Source of the DNA: Dehalococcoidia bacterium
GTDB lineage: Bacteria > Chloroflexota > Dehalococcoidia > UBA2979
NCBI GenBank assembly: GCA_964291495.2
Contig: OZ219872.1
Coordinates: 544,001-608,000 of the forward strand
Direction of reading: 5' to 3'
Length of the DNA: 64,000 nucleotides
The translations under genes and the position numbers were made by a program. Shown in pieces: positions 48,243 to 58,504 of this stretch. The notes below the pieces were generated by a model. It searched no databases. It was given only the letters and a program-made list of their open reading frames with translations, and had not been told where the DNA came from. The first letter of the stretch is position 1. Every line of letters begins with the position of its first letter.

Positions 48243-49211
48243 ATGAGACGACAGACTGGAACGAGACGAGGAACGGGGCTGTTTCGCCGTACCACCGGCC
48301 TGCTGGCGCTGGTCGCGCTGGCGGGGGCCGCCCTTATCGCCGCCTGCGGCGGTGACGACGAGGTGGAGCAGGTGACAGGCCTCGATGATCGGGGCTACGC
48401 CGATACCTCACGGCTGGTCACCACCGAGTGGATCGAGGCCAACCTCGACAACGACTCAGTGCTGCTGATCGACCTGCGCGGCGCGGACGACTACGCCGCC
48501 GGGCACATCCCCGGCGCGGTGCAGATCCCGCGCATCGCGTTCCAGATCGAGATCGACGGCGTACCGGGTCTGATCCCGCCCGCCGCGAATGTGGCCGCCG
48601 AGCTGGGCAAGATCGGCGCGACGGCGGACACGACGATCGTCTTCTACGACGCGCGCGGCTCGATCTGGGGTTCGCGCGGCCTCTGGGTGCTCGCCGTCTA
48701 CGGCCACGAGGACGTCCGGCTCCTCGACGGCGACTTCCCGCTCTGGGAGTCCGAGGGCCGCGAGGTCAGCACCGCGACGCCGGCGATCACGGCCGCCGAC
48801 TACGAGTTCAGCTCCTCGCCGAACAACGACATCATCGTCGGCTGGGACGACATCATCGATTCGATCGAGGACCCGAGCGTCCTCGTCTGCGACGCGCGCT
48901 CGCCCGAGGAGTACTCCGGGCGCGACGTGCGCGCCGACCGCGGCGGCCACATCCCGGAGTCGGTCAACGTCGAGTGGAGTCGCGCGCTCGACGAGAACGG
49001 CCGCTTCAAGCCGGCCGCCGAGCTGCGCGCACTCTACGAGGGCGAGGGCGTCGAGGCAGGCGGGACGATCTACACGCTCTGCCAGACCGCCGTGCGCGCC
49101 ACGCACACCTGGTTCGTCCTGAGCGACCTGCTCGGCTACGACGACGTGCGTGTCTACGACGGCTCGTGGATCGAGTACGGCAACCGCGAGGACTCGCCGA
49201 TCGACTCCTAG
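48243..49211 (+). CDS. Tandem-domain rhodanese sulfurtransferase, predicted lipoprotein
   Basis: Lipobox LIAAC; GHIPGA, DARSPEEY, active site CQTAVRA, YDGSWIEY. Confidence 0.92.
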   Translation: MRRQTGTRRGTGLFRRTTGLLALVALAGAALIAACGGDDEVEQVTGLDDRGYADTSRLVTTEWIEANLDNDSVLLIDLRGADDYAAGHIPGAVQIPRIAFQIEIDGVPGLIPPAANVAAELGKIGATADTTIVFYDARGSIWGSRGLWVLAVYGHEDVRLLDGDFPLWESEGREVSTATPAITAADYEFSSSPNNDIIVGWDDIIDSIEDPSVLVCDARSPEEYSGRDVRADRGGHIPESVNVEWSRALDENGRFKPAAELRALYEGEGVEAGGTIYTLCQTAVRATHTWFVLSDLLGYDDVRVYDGSWIEYGNREDSPIDS

Positions 49212-49350
49212 CGAGTCGGGCAGCGGCGGCAGCGCCGCTCCGGATGACCAACTCCCGAGGCGCCGCGGGTTCCGCGGCGCCTCGGTCTGTGTGCGCCGGC
49301 GCCCGCCAACTTGCTACCCTCGCGTTCGGAGACCTCGGAGGAGGTGCGCG

Positions 49351-50652
49351 ATGACCTCGACGACGCAGCACGGCACGATCACCGAAGCGGGGCTGGCGGC
49401 GATGCGCAGCCGCATCGGCATCCCCAGCGAGACGCGACGCTACGGGGCGACGCGCGGGCTGTTCACGCTGATCAACCAGGACTCGGCGCACATCTACGCC
49501 GTCGGCAGCGGCGACGCCAACCCGCTCTACACGGACGCCGCCTACGCGCGCGCCTCGCACTGGGGCTCCGTCGTCGCGCCGCCGACGATCCTCTTCAACG
49601 CCGGCATCGTCGAGGGCCGCCCGATCACGGCGCGTGAGCGCGAGGAGGGCCGCGGCGGCGGCCTGCCCGGCGTCCACGGCATGTTCTCCGGCGCCGACTG
49701 GGAGTGGTACCAGCCGCTGCGCGAGGGTGACGAGATCTTCCGTGTCAGCTACCTCTCCGACGCGCAGGAGAAGTCCGGCGTCTTCGCCGGCCGCCAGGTG
49801 CTCTCCCTCACCGAGAGCCTCTTCCGCAACCAGCGCGGCGAGGTGCTGGCCAAGGAGGTCGAGTGGTCGATGCGCACCGAGCGCGACGGCGCGCGCGAGC
49901 GCCAGAAGTACGACTGGGAGCAGCACGAGTACACCGATGAGGATCTCGCGCGCATCGACGAGGCGTACGCGAACGAGCGCCCGCGCGGCGCGGAGCCGCG
50001 CTACTGGGAGGATGTGCAGGTCGGCGACGCCCTCGACGGCATCGTGCGCGGGCCCTACCGCGCGACGGACGCGGTCGCCTGGGACATCGGCTGGGGCGGG
50101 GTGTTCGCGCGCAGCGGGAAGGTGGACTACGACTACCGCCAGCGGCACCCGCGCGCCTACTCGAAGAACCGCTACGGCATCCCGGACATCCCGGAGCGCG
50201 TGCACTGGGAGAGCGAGTTCGCACGCGAGGTGGGCGTGCCGGGGCTCTACGACTACGGCCCTCAGCGCATCGCCTGGGCGAGCACGCTGGTCACCAACTG
50301 GATGGGCGACTCCGGCTTCCTCAAGCGGCTCTGGGTGCAGGTCCGCCGCTTCAACGTCGAGGCCGACGTGCAGTGGTACCGCGGCGAGGTGATCGCGAAG
50401 CAGATCGAGGACGGCGAGGCGCAGGTGATCTGCGACGTCTGGGCGGAGAACCAGCGCGGCGAGGTCACGGCGCCCGGCCAGGCGATCGTGCTGCTGCCCT
50501 CACGCGAGCACGGCGAGGTGCGCATCCCCGCACGCGGCCAGCCCGGCTACCCAAGCTGGGACGCGGAGACGAAGGTCACGCCGGTGGGCCAGGGCCCGCT
50601 CCCCCACCCCTCGACCACGCACGGCTTCCTGCTGCCCGGCGTGCAGCGCTAG
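49351..50652 (+). CDS. Tandem MaoC/hot-dog dehydratase-domain protein
   Basis: GDANPLY, GLPGVHGMFSG, RYWEDVQVGD, YDYGPQR. Confidence 0.88.
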   Translation: MTSTTQHGTITEAGLAAMRSRIGIPSETRRYGATRGLFTLINQDSAHIYAVGSGDANPLYTDAAYARASHWGSVVAPPTILFNAGIVEGRPITAREREEGRGGGLPGVHGMFSGADWEWYQPLREGDEIFRVSYLSDAQEKSGVFAGRQVLSLTESLFRNQRGEVLAKEVEWSMRTERDGARERQKYDWEQHEYTDEDLARIDEAYANERPRGAEPRYWEDVQVGDALDGIVRGPYRATDAVAWDIGWGGVFARSGKVDYDYRQRHPRAYSKNRYGIPDIPERVHWESEFAREVGVPGLYDYGPQRIAWASTLVTNWMGDSGFLKRLWVQVRRFNVEADVQWYRGEVIAKQIEDGEAQVICDVWAENQRGEVTAPGQAIVLLPSREHGEVRIPARGQPGYPSWDAETKVTPVGQGPLPHPSTTHGFLLPGVQR

Positions 50653-50699
50653 CGCGGCGGACGAGCGCGCGCACGGGTTCGCTTTGATGCGGGGATACC

Positions 50700-50858
50700 C
50701 CGCAGGGCGGCTCGGCCCACCGACCCGCCCTCGGAGTTTTCTTGGGTGGGGCTTCGCCCCCACGCCCCCTCGGTCCGTCGCCTGCGGCGCACCTTCGAGG
50801 GCGCACCCGAGTGCCGAGGCCGGATCCGGTCCCCGAGGGAGAGGGCGAGGGTCAGGGA
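50700..50858. repeat. Degenerate mosaic repeat (module B plus partial triplex motif)
   Basis: GCGGCTCGGCCCACC...GGGGCTTCGCCCCCACGCCCCC; lies between convergent genes. Confidence 0.75.
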
Positions 50859-50898
50859 GCCGCGCGCAGCGCGCGCCCGTCCGGCGCCCGCCTGACGC

Positions 50899-52092
50899 TC
50901 AGACTCCCGCGCCCACGGCCTCCGTGCGACCGGCGAAGGCGGGCATCACGTCCTCGGCGAAGCGCTGGTATTGCTCGATGATCTCGTCCGCCGTCACGCC
51001 CGAGGGGTGACCGAGCGTGATGCTCTCGAGGCCGGGCACCTCCTCCTCGAGGGCGTGCAGGCGTTCGATGATCTGCTCGGCCGTGCCGCAGAGCACGCTG
51101 CCGTTGGCGACCGAGTCCTCCAGCCGCGGCAGCGTCGTGTCGGCGAGCGCCGTGTCCGTGGACTTGAGGTTCTCGATCTGTTCGTCGCTGAGCGATCGCA
51201 ACAGGCGCAGCGGACCGAACATCTTGATGTTCTCCTGGAAGTAGGGCGTCAGCCTGCGGATCGCCTCCTCCTGTGTGTCCGCGATGTAGAAGTGGAAGCC
51301 GACGCTGAGGTCCTCGCCCAGCTCGGTCTCGCGGCCGGCCCGGGCATGGGCGGCCTGCCAGGCCTCGACGACGGGGAGCATGATGCCGCTCGCCGCGACG
51401 CCGCCGCCGGTCATGCCCTTCAGCCCGTGCTTGACCATGAAGTCCAGGCCACGCTCCGTCGCCCCCTGGATCGGCTGCCAGCACTCGACCGGGTGCGTTG
51501 GCCGCGGGACCAGCGAGAGCTCCTCGAGCGGGTCGCCGCGGTAGTCGACGGGCGGGCTCGGCGGCAGGTCGTAGTACTTGCCGTGGTGCGAGAAGCGGTC
51601 CTCGTTCAGCGCCTTGAGGACGATCTCGACCTGCTCCTCGAACAGGTCGCGGTTGGCTTCCTGGTCGAGCAGTGGCGAGCCGAAGGTCTCGACCTCGCGC
51701 GTGTGGTAGCCGCGCCCGACGCCCATGATCACGCGCCCGCCGGTGAGGATGTCGGCGACGGCGAAGTCCTCGGCGAGCCGCAGCGGGTGCCACATCGGGG
51801 TGATGTTGAAGCCACAGCCGAGCTTGACGTTCTCGGTGACGTGGGCGAGGTGGACGTAGAGCATCAGCAGGTTCGGCAGGCACTCGTAGCCCTCGGGCTG
51901 GAAGTGGTGCTCGGCCGTCCAGAACGAGTAGTAGCCGAGGCCGTCAACGGCCTTCGCGACCTGCTCGGCCTTGTCGTGCGCGCCGGCCAGCACCTCGTTC
52001 GGGTAGTGGCGCTGCATGACCGGCGTGCCGCCGTAGCCGATGTCCTTGAGGTCCACGTGGCCGGTGTAGAGCGTCTCGAACCGCTTGAGCAT
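50899..52092 (-). CDS. LLM class oxidoreductase
   Basis: WTAEHHFQPEGYE, WHPLRLAED, GVGRGYH. Confidence 0.93.
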   Translation of the reverse strand: MLKRFETLYTGHVDLKDIGYGGTPVMQRHYPNEVLAGAHDKAEQVAKAVDGLGYYSFWTAEHHFQPEGYECLPNLLMLYVHLAHVTENVKLGCGFNITPMWHPLRLAEDFAVADILTGGRVIMGVGRGYHTREVETFGSPLLDQEANRDLFEEQVEIVLKALNEDRFSHHGKYYDLPPSPPVDYRGDPLEELSLVPRPTHPVECWQPIQGATERGLDFMVKHGLKGMTGGGVAASGIMLPVVEAWQAAHARAGRETELGEDLSVGFHFYIADTQEEAIRRLTPYFQENIKMFGPLRLLRSLSDEQIENLKSTDTALADTTLPRLEDSVANGSVLCGTAEQIIERLHALEEEVPGLESITLGHPSGVTADEIIEQYQRFAEDVMPAFAGRTEAVGAGV

Positions 52093-52203
52093 GCCTGCCT
52101 CCGTTTCGCCGTCGCGGGGGAGTGTAACCGAGGGCGCCGTTAGGGCGACCGGCGGGAGCCCTCGACTGCGGGGGCTGCGCCCTCCGGGGCCCGTCTCCCC
52201 GCA

Positions 52204-52428
52204 GAGACCGTTGTGAGACTCCCACAGGCCCGATCCGGCGCCCTCTCCCTGGGGAGAGGGCGGGGGTGAGGGGAAGACTCCGGCGCCCTCCGAGAGCCCC
52301 GATGGCGCAACGCGATTCCGGAGGGCGGAACTCCCTCACCCTAACCCTCTCCCTCGGCGAGAGGGGACCGGAAGGGAGGCGCACCCCCGCCGCTGCCCCG
52401 GCTGGATTCCGGCTTTCGCCGGAATGAC
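52204..52428. repeat. Mosaic repeat with left TIR-like end, two inverted triplex motifs and module C palindrome
   Basis: GAGACCGTTGTGAGACTCCCACAGGCCCGATCC at 52204; CTGGATTCCGGCTTTCGCCGGAATGAC at 52402-52428. Confidence 0.85.
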
Positions 52429-52435
52429 GGGAAGG

Positions 52436-53221
52436 CTAGCGGCCCTTGAAGACGGGCTTGCGCTTCTCCGCGAACGCAGCCGCCGCCTCGGTCGTGTCGT
52501 CGAGGGTGAACAGCGACTGCTGCGCCTGCGGGTAGTCGATCGTGATCTGGTAGGCGGTCGGGCGGGGGCGCGCCATCATCAGCTGGCGCTTCGTCACCTG
52601 CACGTGCACCGGCGGCAGCGCGGCCAGCTCGTGCGCGATGCTCAGCGCCGTCGGCATCACCTCGCCCGCGGGCACGACGTGGTTCGCGAGGCCCACCTCG
52701 TAGGCGCGCTGCGCGGAGAAGCGGTGGCCGCGCAGCATCATCTCGCAGCCCGGCAGCCACGACAGCCCGTTCATCAGCGGCACCAGCGCCGACCCCAGCA
52801 CGCCTGTCGGCACGGACGAGAAGGCGATCGTGGCGTCGTCGGCGAGGACGGAGATGTCCGAGCCGCAGACCATGTAGAGGCCAGCGCCCCAGGCGCCGCC
52901 CTGGACGGCGGCGATGATCGGCTTGTCCGTGTCCGGCACCAGCTGGAAGCCGAGGATCTTCGCCCGCGAGTCGGCCAGCCGGTTGCCGCGGATGCCGTGC
53001 TCGGCCTGCTCCTTGATGTCGCGGCCCGCGCTGAAGACCCGGCCCTCGCCGGTGAGGACGATCGCGCGCACCTGCTCGTCGGCCAGCGCCTCCATCCAGG
53101 CGCCGCCGAGCTCGTCGCCCAGCACCTGGCCGAAGGCGTTGAGCCGCTCCGGCCGGTTCATCGTGATGACCGCAACGTGGCCGTCGACCTCGTAGCGGAC
53201 GTACTGCGCCTCGTAGGTCAT
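52436..53221 (-). CDS. Enoyl-CoA hydratase/isomerase
   Basis: MNRPERLNA, FSAGRD, AFAEKRKPVFKGR. Confidence 0.92.
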   Translation of the reverse strand: MTYEAQYVRYEVDGHVAVITMNRPERLNAFGQVLGDELGGAWMEALADEQVRAIVLTGEGRVFSAGRDIKEQAEHGIRGNRLADSRAKILGFQLVPDTDKPIIAAVQGGAWGAGLYMVCGSDISVLADDATIAFSSVPTGVLGSALVPLMNGLSWLPGCEMMLRGHRFSAQRAYEVGLANHVVPAGEVMPTALSIAHELAALPPVHVQVTKRQLMMARPRPTAYQITIDYPQAQQSLFTLDDTTEAAAAFAEKRKPVFKGR

Positions 53222-53223
53222 CG

Positions 53224-54054
53224 TTATCGCCCCCTGAACATCGGCGGACGCCGCTCGCGCCGCGCCGCCCGTGCTTCCTCTGCGTCCTCGGAGTTGCCCG
53301 TGATGGCGGAGGCGTTGGCCGAGAGCTGCAGCGTGGTGTCGAAGCTGCTGTCGAGGCCGGCGCGCATCACGCGCTTGCCTACCCACTGCACCAGCGGCGG
53401 GCTGGCGATGATCTTCCTGCAGACCTCCAGCGTGGTCTCGCGCAGATCCTCGAGCGGCACGTAGTGGTTGAGCAGCCCCAGGCGGTAGGCGTCCTCGCCG
53501 ACCAGGAAGCCGCCCGTGTAGAGCAGCTCGAGGGCGTTGCCGAGGCCGATCATGCGCGGCAGGAAGTACATCCCGCCGTTGTGGATGAGCTGGCCGACGT
53601 TCTGGTAGGTGAAGAAGCGCGTCTCCGGGCAGCCGATGCGGATGTCGCAGTGCAGCGCAATATCGAGGCCCGCGCCGACCGCCACGCCGTTGACCATCGC
53701 GATCGTCGGCTTGCGGGTCGAGGAGATCTTGCGGAACAGCGGCGTGAAGATCTCGCTGAAGAACTGGCGGCTGCCGTCCGGGCCGCCGGGACGCTCCTCG
53801 TCGGGGTGGTCGCGCCCGCCGCGCTGGTCCGCGCCCGAGCAGAACCCGCGCCCCTCGCCGGTGATCACGATCACGCGGATCTCAGGGTCCGCGTCGGCGG
53901 CGTCGAGGTACTCGCCCAGCTTGTTGAGCGTTGAGTCGGGGCGGATGTAGCCGTGGAGGGCGTTCAACACCTCGGGGCGGTTGAACGTGATCCAGAGGAC
54001 GCCGTCCTCCGGCTCGTAGCGCAGGTGGTCGACGATCGCGGGTCCGTTACTCAC
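53224..54054 (-). CDS. Enoyl-CoA hydratase/isomerase
   Basis: FNRPEVLNA, FCSGAD, VNGVAVGAG. Confidence 0.92.
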   Translation of the reverse strand: MSNGPAIVDHLRYEPEDGVLWITFNRPEVLNALHGYIRPDSTLNKLGEYLDAADADPEIRVIVITGEGRGFCSGADQRGGRDHPDEERPGGPDGSRQFFSEIFTPLFRKISSTRKPTIAMVNGVAVGAGLDIALHCDIRIGCPETRFFTYQNVGQLIHNGGMYFLPRMIGLGNALELLYTGGFLVGEDAYRLGLLNHYVPLEDLRETTLEVCRKIIASPPLVQWVGKRVMRAGLDSSFDTTLQLSANASAITGNSEDAEEARAARRERRPPMFRGR

Positions 54055-54088
54055 GTGCTGCTCCCTCGATGCTTCGAGCCGCCGCGCG

Positions 54089-55315
54089 CTAGCCGCGAGG
54101 CAGGCCGAGGCCGCGCGTGGCGATGATGTTGCGCTGGATCTCGCTGCTGCCGCCGGCGATCGTGCGCGAGACGTGCCGGACGTACTCCTTGGCCGGCTCC
54201 CCCTCCAGCGGCGCGTGGCCGCTGCCGTCCCCGCCCCAGAGCTGTCCGTACAGACCCAGCGCCTTCGCCGTCGTGCGCGACGTGCGCTGGATCGTCTCGA
54301 ACACGCTCATCTGCAACATCGAGGCCTCGTAGTTGGGCACCAGGCCCGCGCCCTGCATCGAGACGACCCGAAACGCGAGGTTGAAGACCACCTCCACCTC
54401 GATCGCCCGGTCGGCGATCTCGTGCCGGATCGTCGCCGACTCGGACGCACGCGACTTGGCCGCGCCCTCGGCCGAGCCGATGAATGCGACGAGGCGCTCG
54501 ATCGAGCGCTGCGCGTCCACGGTCTGGCGAATGCGCGAGCGCTCGAAGTCGAGCAGCGTCACGCTCACGTACCAGCCGCGATTCTCCTCGCCGACGAGGT
54601 TGCCGGCGGGGACGCTCACGTTGTCGAAGAAGACCTCGTTGAAGCCATGCTCGCCGGCCATGTTGATCAGCGGGCGGATCGAGATCCCCGGCGACGACAT
54701 GTCCACCAGCAGGAAGGAGATGCCGCGGTGCTTCGCGGCGTCCGGGTCGGTGCGCACGAGCAGCGCGATGTGGTCCGCGGCGTGCGCGCGCGAGGTCCAG
54801 ATCTTCTGCCCGTTGACCGTGTACTCGTCGCCGTCGCGGACCGCCCTCGTCTGCAGCGAGGCGAGGTCCGAGCCCGCGCCGGGCTCGGAGAAGCCCTGGC
54901 ACCAGGCGCGCTCGCCGGACAGCGTCTTCGAGATATGCTCGGCCTTCAGCTCCTCCGTGCCGTGGATGATGATCGCCGGACCGATCTGCGAGATGCCCTG
55001 CCCGCCCACCTGCGGCGCCTCGGCCTTCGCCAGCTCGTGGTTGAGGATGAACTGCTCGACCGAGGTCATCCCGCCACCGCCGTACTCGACGGGCCAGGCG
55101 GGGGCGATCCAGCCGCGATCGGCGAGCGCGCGCGCCCAGCTCCAGGCGGCGTCGCGGACCACCGGATCCTCGGAGATGCGGTCGATCTGCCACTCCTCGC
55201 CGGAGCCGCCGGGGCCGCCTCGGATCTTGCGGTAGTGCTCCGGCAGCGACGTCTCGACGAGTTCGCTCACGGCGGCGCGGAACGCGGCCTGCTCCGGCGT
55301 ATCAGCCCACTCCAC
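54089..55315 (-). CDS. Acyl-CoA dehydrogenase
   Basis: WCQGFSEPGAGSDLA, NGQKIWTS, TIAGGSSEIQRNII. Confidence 0.95.
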   Translation of the reverse strand: MEWADTPEQAAFRAAVSELVETSLPEHYRKIRGGPGGSGEEWQIDRISEDPVVRDAAWSWARALADRGWIAPAWPVEYGGGGMTSVEQFILNHELAKAEAPQVGGQGISQIGPAIIIHGTEELKAEHISKTLSGERAWCQGFSEPGAGSDLASLQTRAVRDGDEYTVNGQKIWTSRAHAADHIALLVRTDPDAAKHRGISFLLVDMSSPGISIRPLINMAGEHGFNEVFFDNVSVPAGNLVGEENRGWYVSVTLLDFERSRIRQTVDAQRSIERLVAFIGSAEGAAKSRASESATIRHEIADRAIEVEVVFNLAFRVVSMQGAGLVPNYEASMLQMSVFETIQRTSRTTAKALGLYGQLWGGDGSGHAPLEGEPAKEYVRHVSRTIAGGSSEIQRNIIATRGLGLPRG

Positions 55316-55387
55316 GCGCCGCTCCTCTGCGTGCCCCGAGGGCAGGTGCGCCCGCGGCCCGCGCGATGATACCGCGCGCCGCCCGGC

Positions 55388-56071
55388 TCAGGCCTCCTCG
55401 GGCGGGTAGAACGTCTCCAGCTCCTGCACCGTGATCATCGCGCCGCGCGACTTGTCGATGATCTTCTCGCCGCTGGCGACCAGCGCCTCGTAGCCGGGCG
55501 CCGTGGTGCGGTTGTTGCACGCCTCCAGGCTCTCCCACCAGACCTCGCCGGCGTAGTCCGGGAGGAAGCCCTCGATCCGGGAGGAGCGCACGCGGTTCGT
55601 GCGGAACTTGAGGATGCCGCCCAGCTCCAGCGCGTGCGCGGCGTGCTCCTCGCGCCAGTAGCGCTCGAACTCCTCGGCGCTCACGTCCGGGCGGCGGTGC
55701 AGGAAGGCGAAGCTGCGCACGGTGGTCGGCGGCTCCGGGGCGCCCTCCGGCAGGAACTCGTCGAGCCGCTCGAGGACGATGCCGGTGTTGCGGGGCTGGT
55801 CGATGATGTTGTGGCCGCTCTCCAGCGCGCGCTGGCCCTCGGGGATGCGGAAGCCGATCTCGGCGTCCTCGGGCGTGCGCCACCACAGCTCGCCCATCGC
55901 GTCCGGCTGCAGGCCCTCCACGGTCGACTCGAGCACGAGGTTGGTCCCGAAGCGGTAGACGGAGGGCACCTTCACCACGAAGCCGGAGTGCGTCTCCAGC
56001 CAGTAGCGCTGGAACTCCTCGGGGCTCACGTCCGGGCGGCGGTGCAGGATCGCCAGGTTGCGCACGTTCAC
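55388..56071 (-). CDS. Tandem EthD-domain protein
   Basis: Two HRRPDVS.EEF.RYW...H repeats; E.WW motif. Confidence 0.88.
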   Translation of the reverse strand: MNVRNLAILHRRPDVSPEEFQRYWLETHSGFVVKVPSVYRFGTNLVLESTVEGLQPDAMGELWWRTPEDAEIGFRIPEGQRALESGHNIIDQPRNTGIVLERLDEFLPEGAPEPPTTVRSFAFLHRRPDVSAEEFERYWREEHAAHALELGGILKFRTNRVRSSRIEGFLPDYAGEVWWESLEACNNRTTAPGYEALVASGEKIIDKSRGAMITVQELETFYPPEEA

Positions 56072-56226
56072 GATTCGTCTCTCCCATCGCCCGCCGGGCG
56101 TGGCCGGGCAGCGCACCGAACAGTACGCGGATCGTGGCGATTTCGCCCACCAGGCGCGCGCATTATGTCCGCCGGTGCTACGGTGGATCTGGGGAAGCAT
56201 CAGGCGTCAGGAGAGAGGCGTAAGCC

Positions 56227-57309
56227 ATGAACGAACCGACCCTGTTGTCGCCGGATCGAGCCCGATCGCTGCGGCAGTTGCTCCTCGTCCTCGCAATCCT
56301 CGCGGGCCTCGCGGCGAGCGTGATCGTACTCGCCTCACAACCCGTCACGGACTTCCTGCGCGAGGGCCCGGCGCGCCTGCTTCCCTTCGAGGGCGGCGCG
56401 GCGCGAGCCGTGCTCGGCATCGGCGCGGCGCTCGCCACGATTGTCGCCGGAGCGGCGCTCTGGCGAGGCGTCTCGATCGCCTCGGTCGTCGTCGCGGTCA
56501 TCGCCGTCGGCGTCGGATTCCTGCTGATTCACGTCCTGCTGACGCCCGCGATCGGGCTGTTCACGCTCAGCGTCCTCGCCTTCGTCGGAGGGCGCACGCC
56601 GCGGCTGCTGCTCGTCGAGGCCGGCCCGCGCCGCTACCCGCTGCGCTGGGCCGCCGGCGGCGTCGTCGTCGCCGCCGCGCTGGTGGTCGGTGGCGTGGTG
56701 AGCTACTGGCTCGCCTCGCCGCTCTGGGACGAGGGCACGATGCTCGACGAGGGTCTGGGCTTCGAGGTCGCAGGCATGCCCACCGCGAGCCCCACGGCCG
56801 CCGCAGGAGGCGCCGCCGCCACGGAGACGGGGACCGCCACCGAGGCGCCCACCGAAACGGCATCCCCGACAACCACCGAGGCCGCTGCATCGCCTACCGC
56901 AGCGAGCGGTACGGAGACGCCCACCGCGACCGCCGCGGCAGAGACGCCGACGGCAACCGCTGCGCCCTCGGGCCAGGGCTCGCTGATCTCGATGGGCGAG
57001 CTGATGGGCGCCGACATGTTCCACACGGGGAGCGGCCAGGTGCTACTGGTACGCGCGCCGGACGGCTCGGTGATCCTCCGCTTCCAGGACTACGCCGTGC
57101 GCAACGGGCCCGACCTGTTCATCTACCTCACGCCCGACCCCAACGGCGACGTGGGCGTGGATGGCGCGATCGAGCTGAGCGAGATCCGGGCCACCCGCGG
57201 CAATGTGAACTACGAGGTGCCCGACGATGTCGACCCCTCGACGTTCCGTGCCGCCGTGATCTGGTGCAAGGCGTTCGCCGTGCTCTTCGCGCACGCGGAG
57301 CTCGAGTAG
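56227..57309 (+). CDS. Membrane protein with Thr/Ala/Pro linker and C-terminal DM13 domain
   Basis: NGPDLFIYL, RGNVNY, AVIWCKAF. Confidence 0.88.
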   Translation: MNEPTLLSPDRARSLRQLLLVLAILAGLAASVIVLASQPVTDFLREGPARLLPFEGGAARAVLGIGAALATIVAGAALWRGVSIASVVVAVIAVGVGFLLIHVLLTPAIGLFTLSVLAFVGGRTPRLLLVEAGPRRYPLRWAAGGVVVAAALVVGGVVSYWLASPLWDEGTMLDEGLGFEVAGMPTASPTAAAGGAAATETGTATEAPTETASPTTTEAAASPTAASGTETPTATAAAETPTATAAPSGQGSLISMGELMGADMFHTGSGQVLLVRAPDGSVILRFQDYAVRNGPDLFIYLTPDPNGDVGVDGAIELSEIRATRGNVNYEVPDDVDPSTFRAAVIWCKAFAVLFAHAELE

Positions 57310-57324
57310 CCCCTCCAGTCTCCT

Positions 57325-57627
57325 CTCCCTGAGGGCGCACCCTCCGGCCCCCTCCCCCCTGGCGGGGGAGGGCGGGGGGTGAGGGGGAAGAGCCACGGAT
57401 GGCACCCAACCCCCGAGGGTGCAACAACCCATAGAGGTGGTGAATCCCGCCGGCGCGCCTGGACTCCGCGTTCGCCGGAATGACGAGAGGGTGCGCGGCA
57501 GGTACCGGGGGCGCAACAACCCATCGAGCCGGGAGCACTGCCGGCGAGCCCCCTCACCCCCGCCCTCTCCCCCAGGAGAGGGAGCCGGAGGGAGCCGGAG
57601 CGCCCCGGCGAAGCTGCCAGGGGTCTC
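57325..57627. repeat. Mosaic repeat with two triplex motifs, a module C variant and a degenerate right TIR
   Basis: Motifs near 57347 and 57550; CGCCGGAATGAC; ends GGGGTCTC; shares CAACAACCCATCGAGCC with the reverse complement of 10268-10284. Confidence 0.8.
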
Positions 57628-57646
57628 CTGCGGAAAGAGCGGGGCC

Positions 57647-58423
57647 TCAGGAGATGCCCCCGCCGCCGTCGATCGAGAGCGTGTGGCCTGTGATGTGGTT
57701 CGCGAGGTCCGAGGCGAGGAAGACGGCGCCCGCACCGAACTCCTCGGGCGGGGCGAGCCGCTTCAGCAACCCGTAGTCCGACACGCGCTCGCTCTCGCGG
57801 TCCGGGTCCATGTTCTTCGTCCGGCCCGCGCTGTCGACGCCGCCGGGGGCGATCGCGTTGACGCGGATGCCGTAAGGCGCCCACTCCGCCGCCAGCTCCC
57901 GCGTCAGCCCGAGGATGCCCGCCTTCGCGGCCGTGTAGGCGGCGATGCCGATGCCGGTCGACTTGAAGGCAGCGTTCGACGAGGTGTTGACGACGCTGCC
58001 GCCGTGGCCCTCCTCGATCATCGCGAGTGCGGCCGCCTGGCTGCCGATGAAGGCCGCCTTGAGGTTCATGCGCAGGATCGCGTCGAAGCCGTTCTCGGAG
58101 ATGTCGAGGGCGGGGAGCTGGAAGTTGCCTCCCGCGTTGTTGAACATCGCGTCGATGCGGCCGAAGCGCTCGCGCGCGCCGGCGACCAGCGCGCGGATCG
58201 AGTCCGGCTGGCGCACGTCGGTGTGGATGAAGTGCGCCTGCCCGCCGGCCTCGATGATCTCGGCGGCGGTACGCGCCCCGGTCTCCTCGTTGATCTCGCC
58301 GATCACGACGCTCGCGCCGGCGTCGCCCGCGCCGATGGCGATCGCGCGGCCGATGCCCTCGCCCGCGCCGGTCACGACCGCGACGCGGCCGTCCATGCGG
58401 ATGCCGTCCATCAGGTAGCCCAT
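57647..58423 (-). CDS. SDR family oxidoreductase
   Basis: TGAGEGIG, NNAGG, YTAAK. Confidence 0.92.
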   Translation of the reverse strand: MGYLMDGIRMDGRVAVVTGAGEGIGRAIAIGAGDAGASVVIGEINEETGARTAAEIIEAGGQAHFIHTDVRQPDSIRALVAGARERFGRIDAMFNNAGGNFQLPALDISENGFDAILRMNLKAAFIGSQAAALAMIEEGHGGSVVNTSSNAAFKSTGIGIAAYTAAKAGILGLTRELAAEWAPYGIRVNAIAPGGVDSAGRTKNMDPDRESERVSDYGLLKRLAPPEEFGAGAVFLASDLANHITGHTLSIDGGGGIS

Positions 58424-58504
58424 GCTTCGCCCCTCTCGCAGCGCACGCCACGATAGCGCGCCGCGGCACACGGCTATACTGCCGCTCGCGGCTCGGAGGT
58501 GGCG

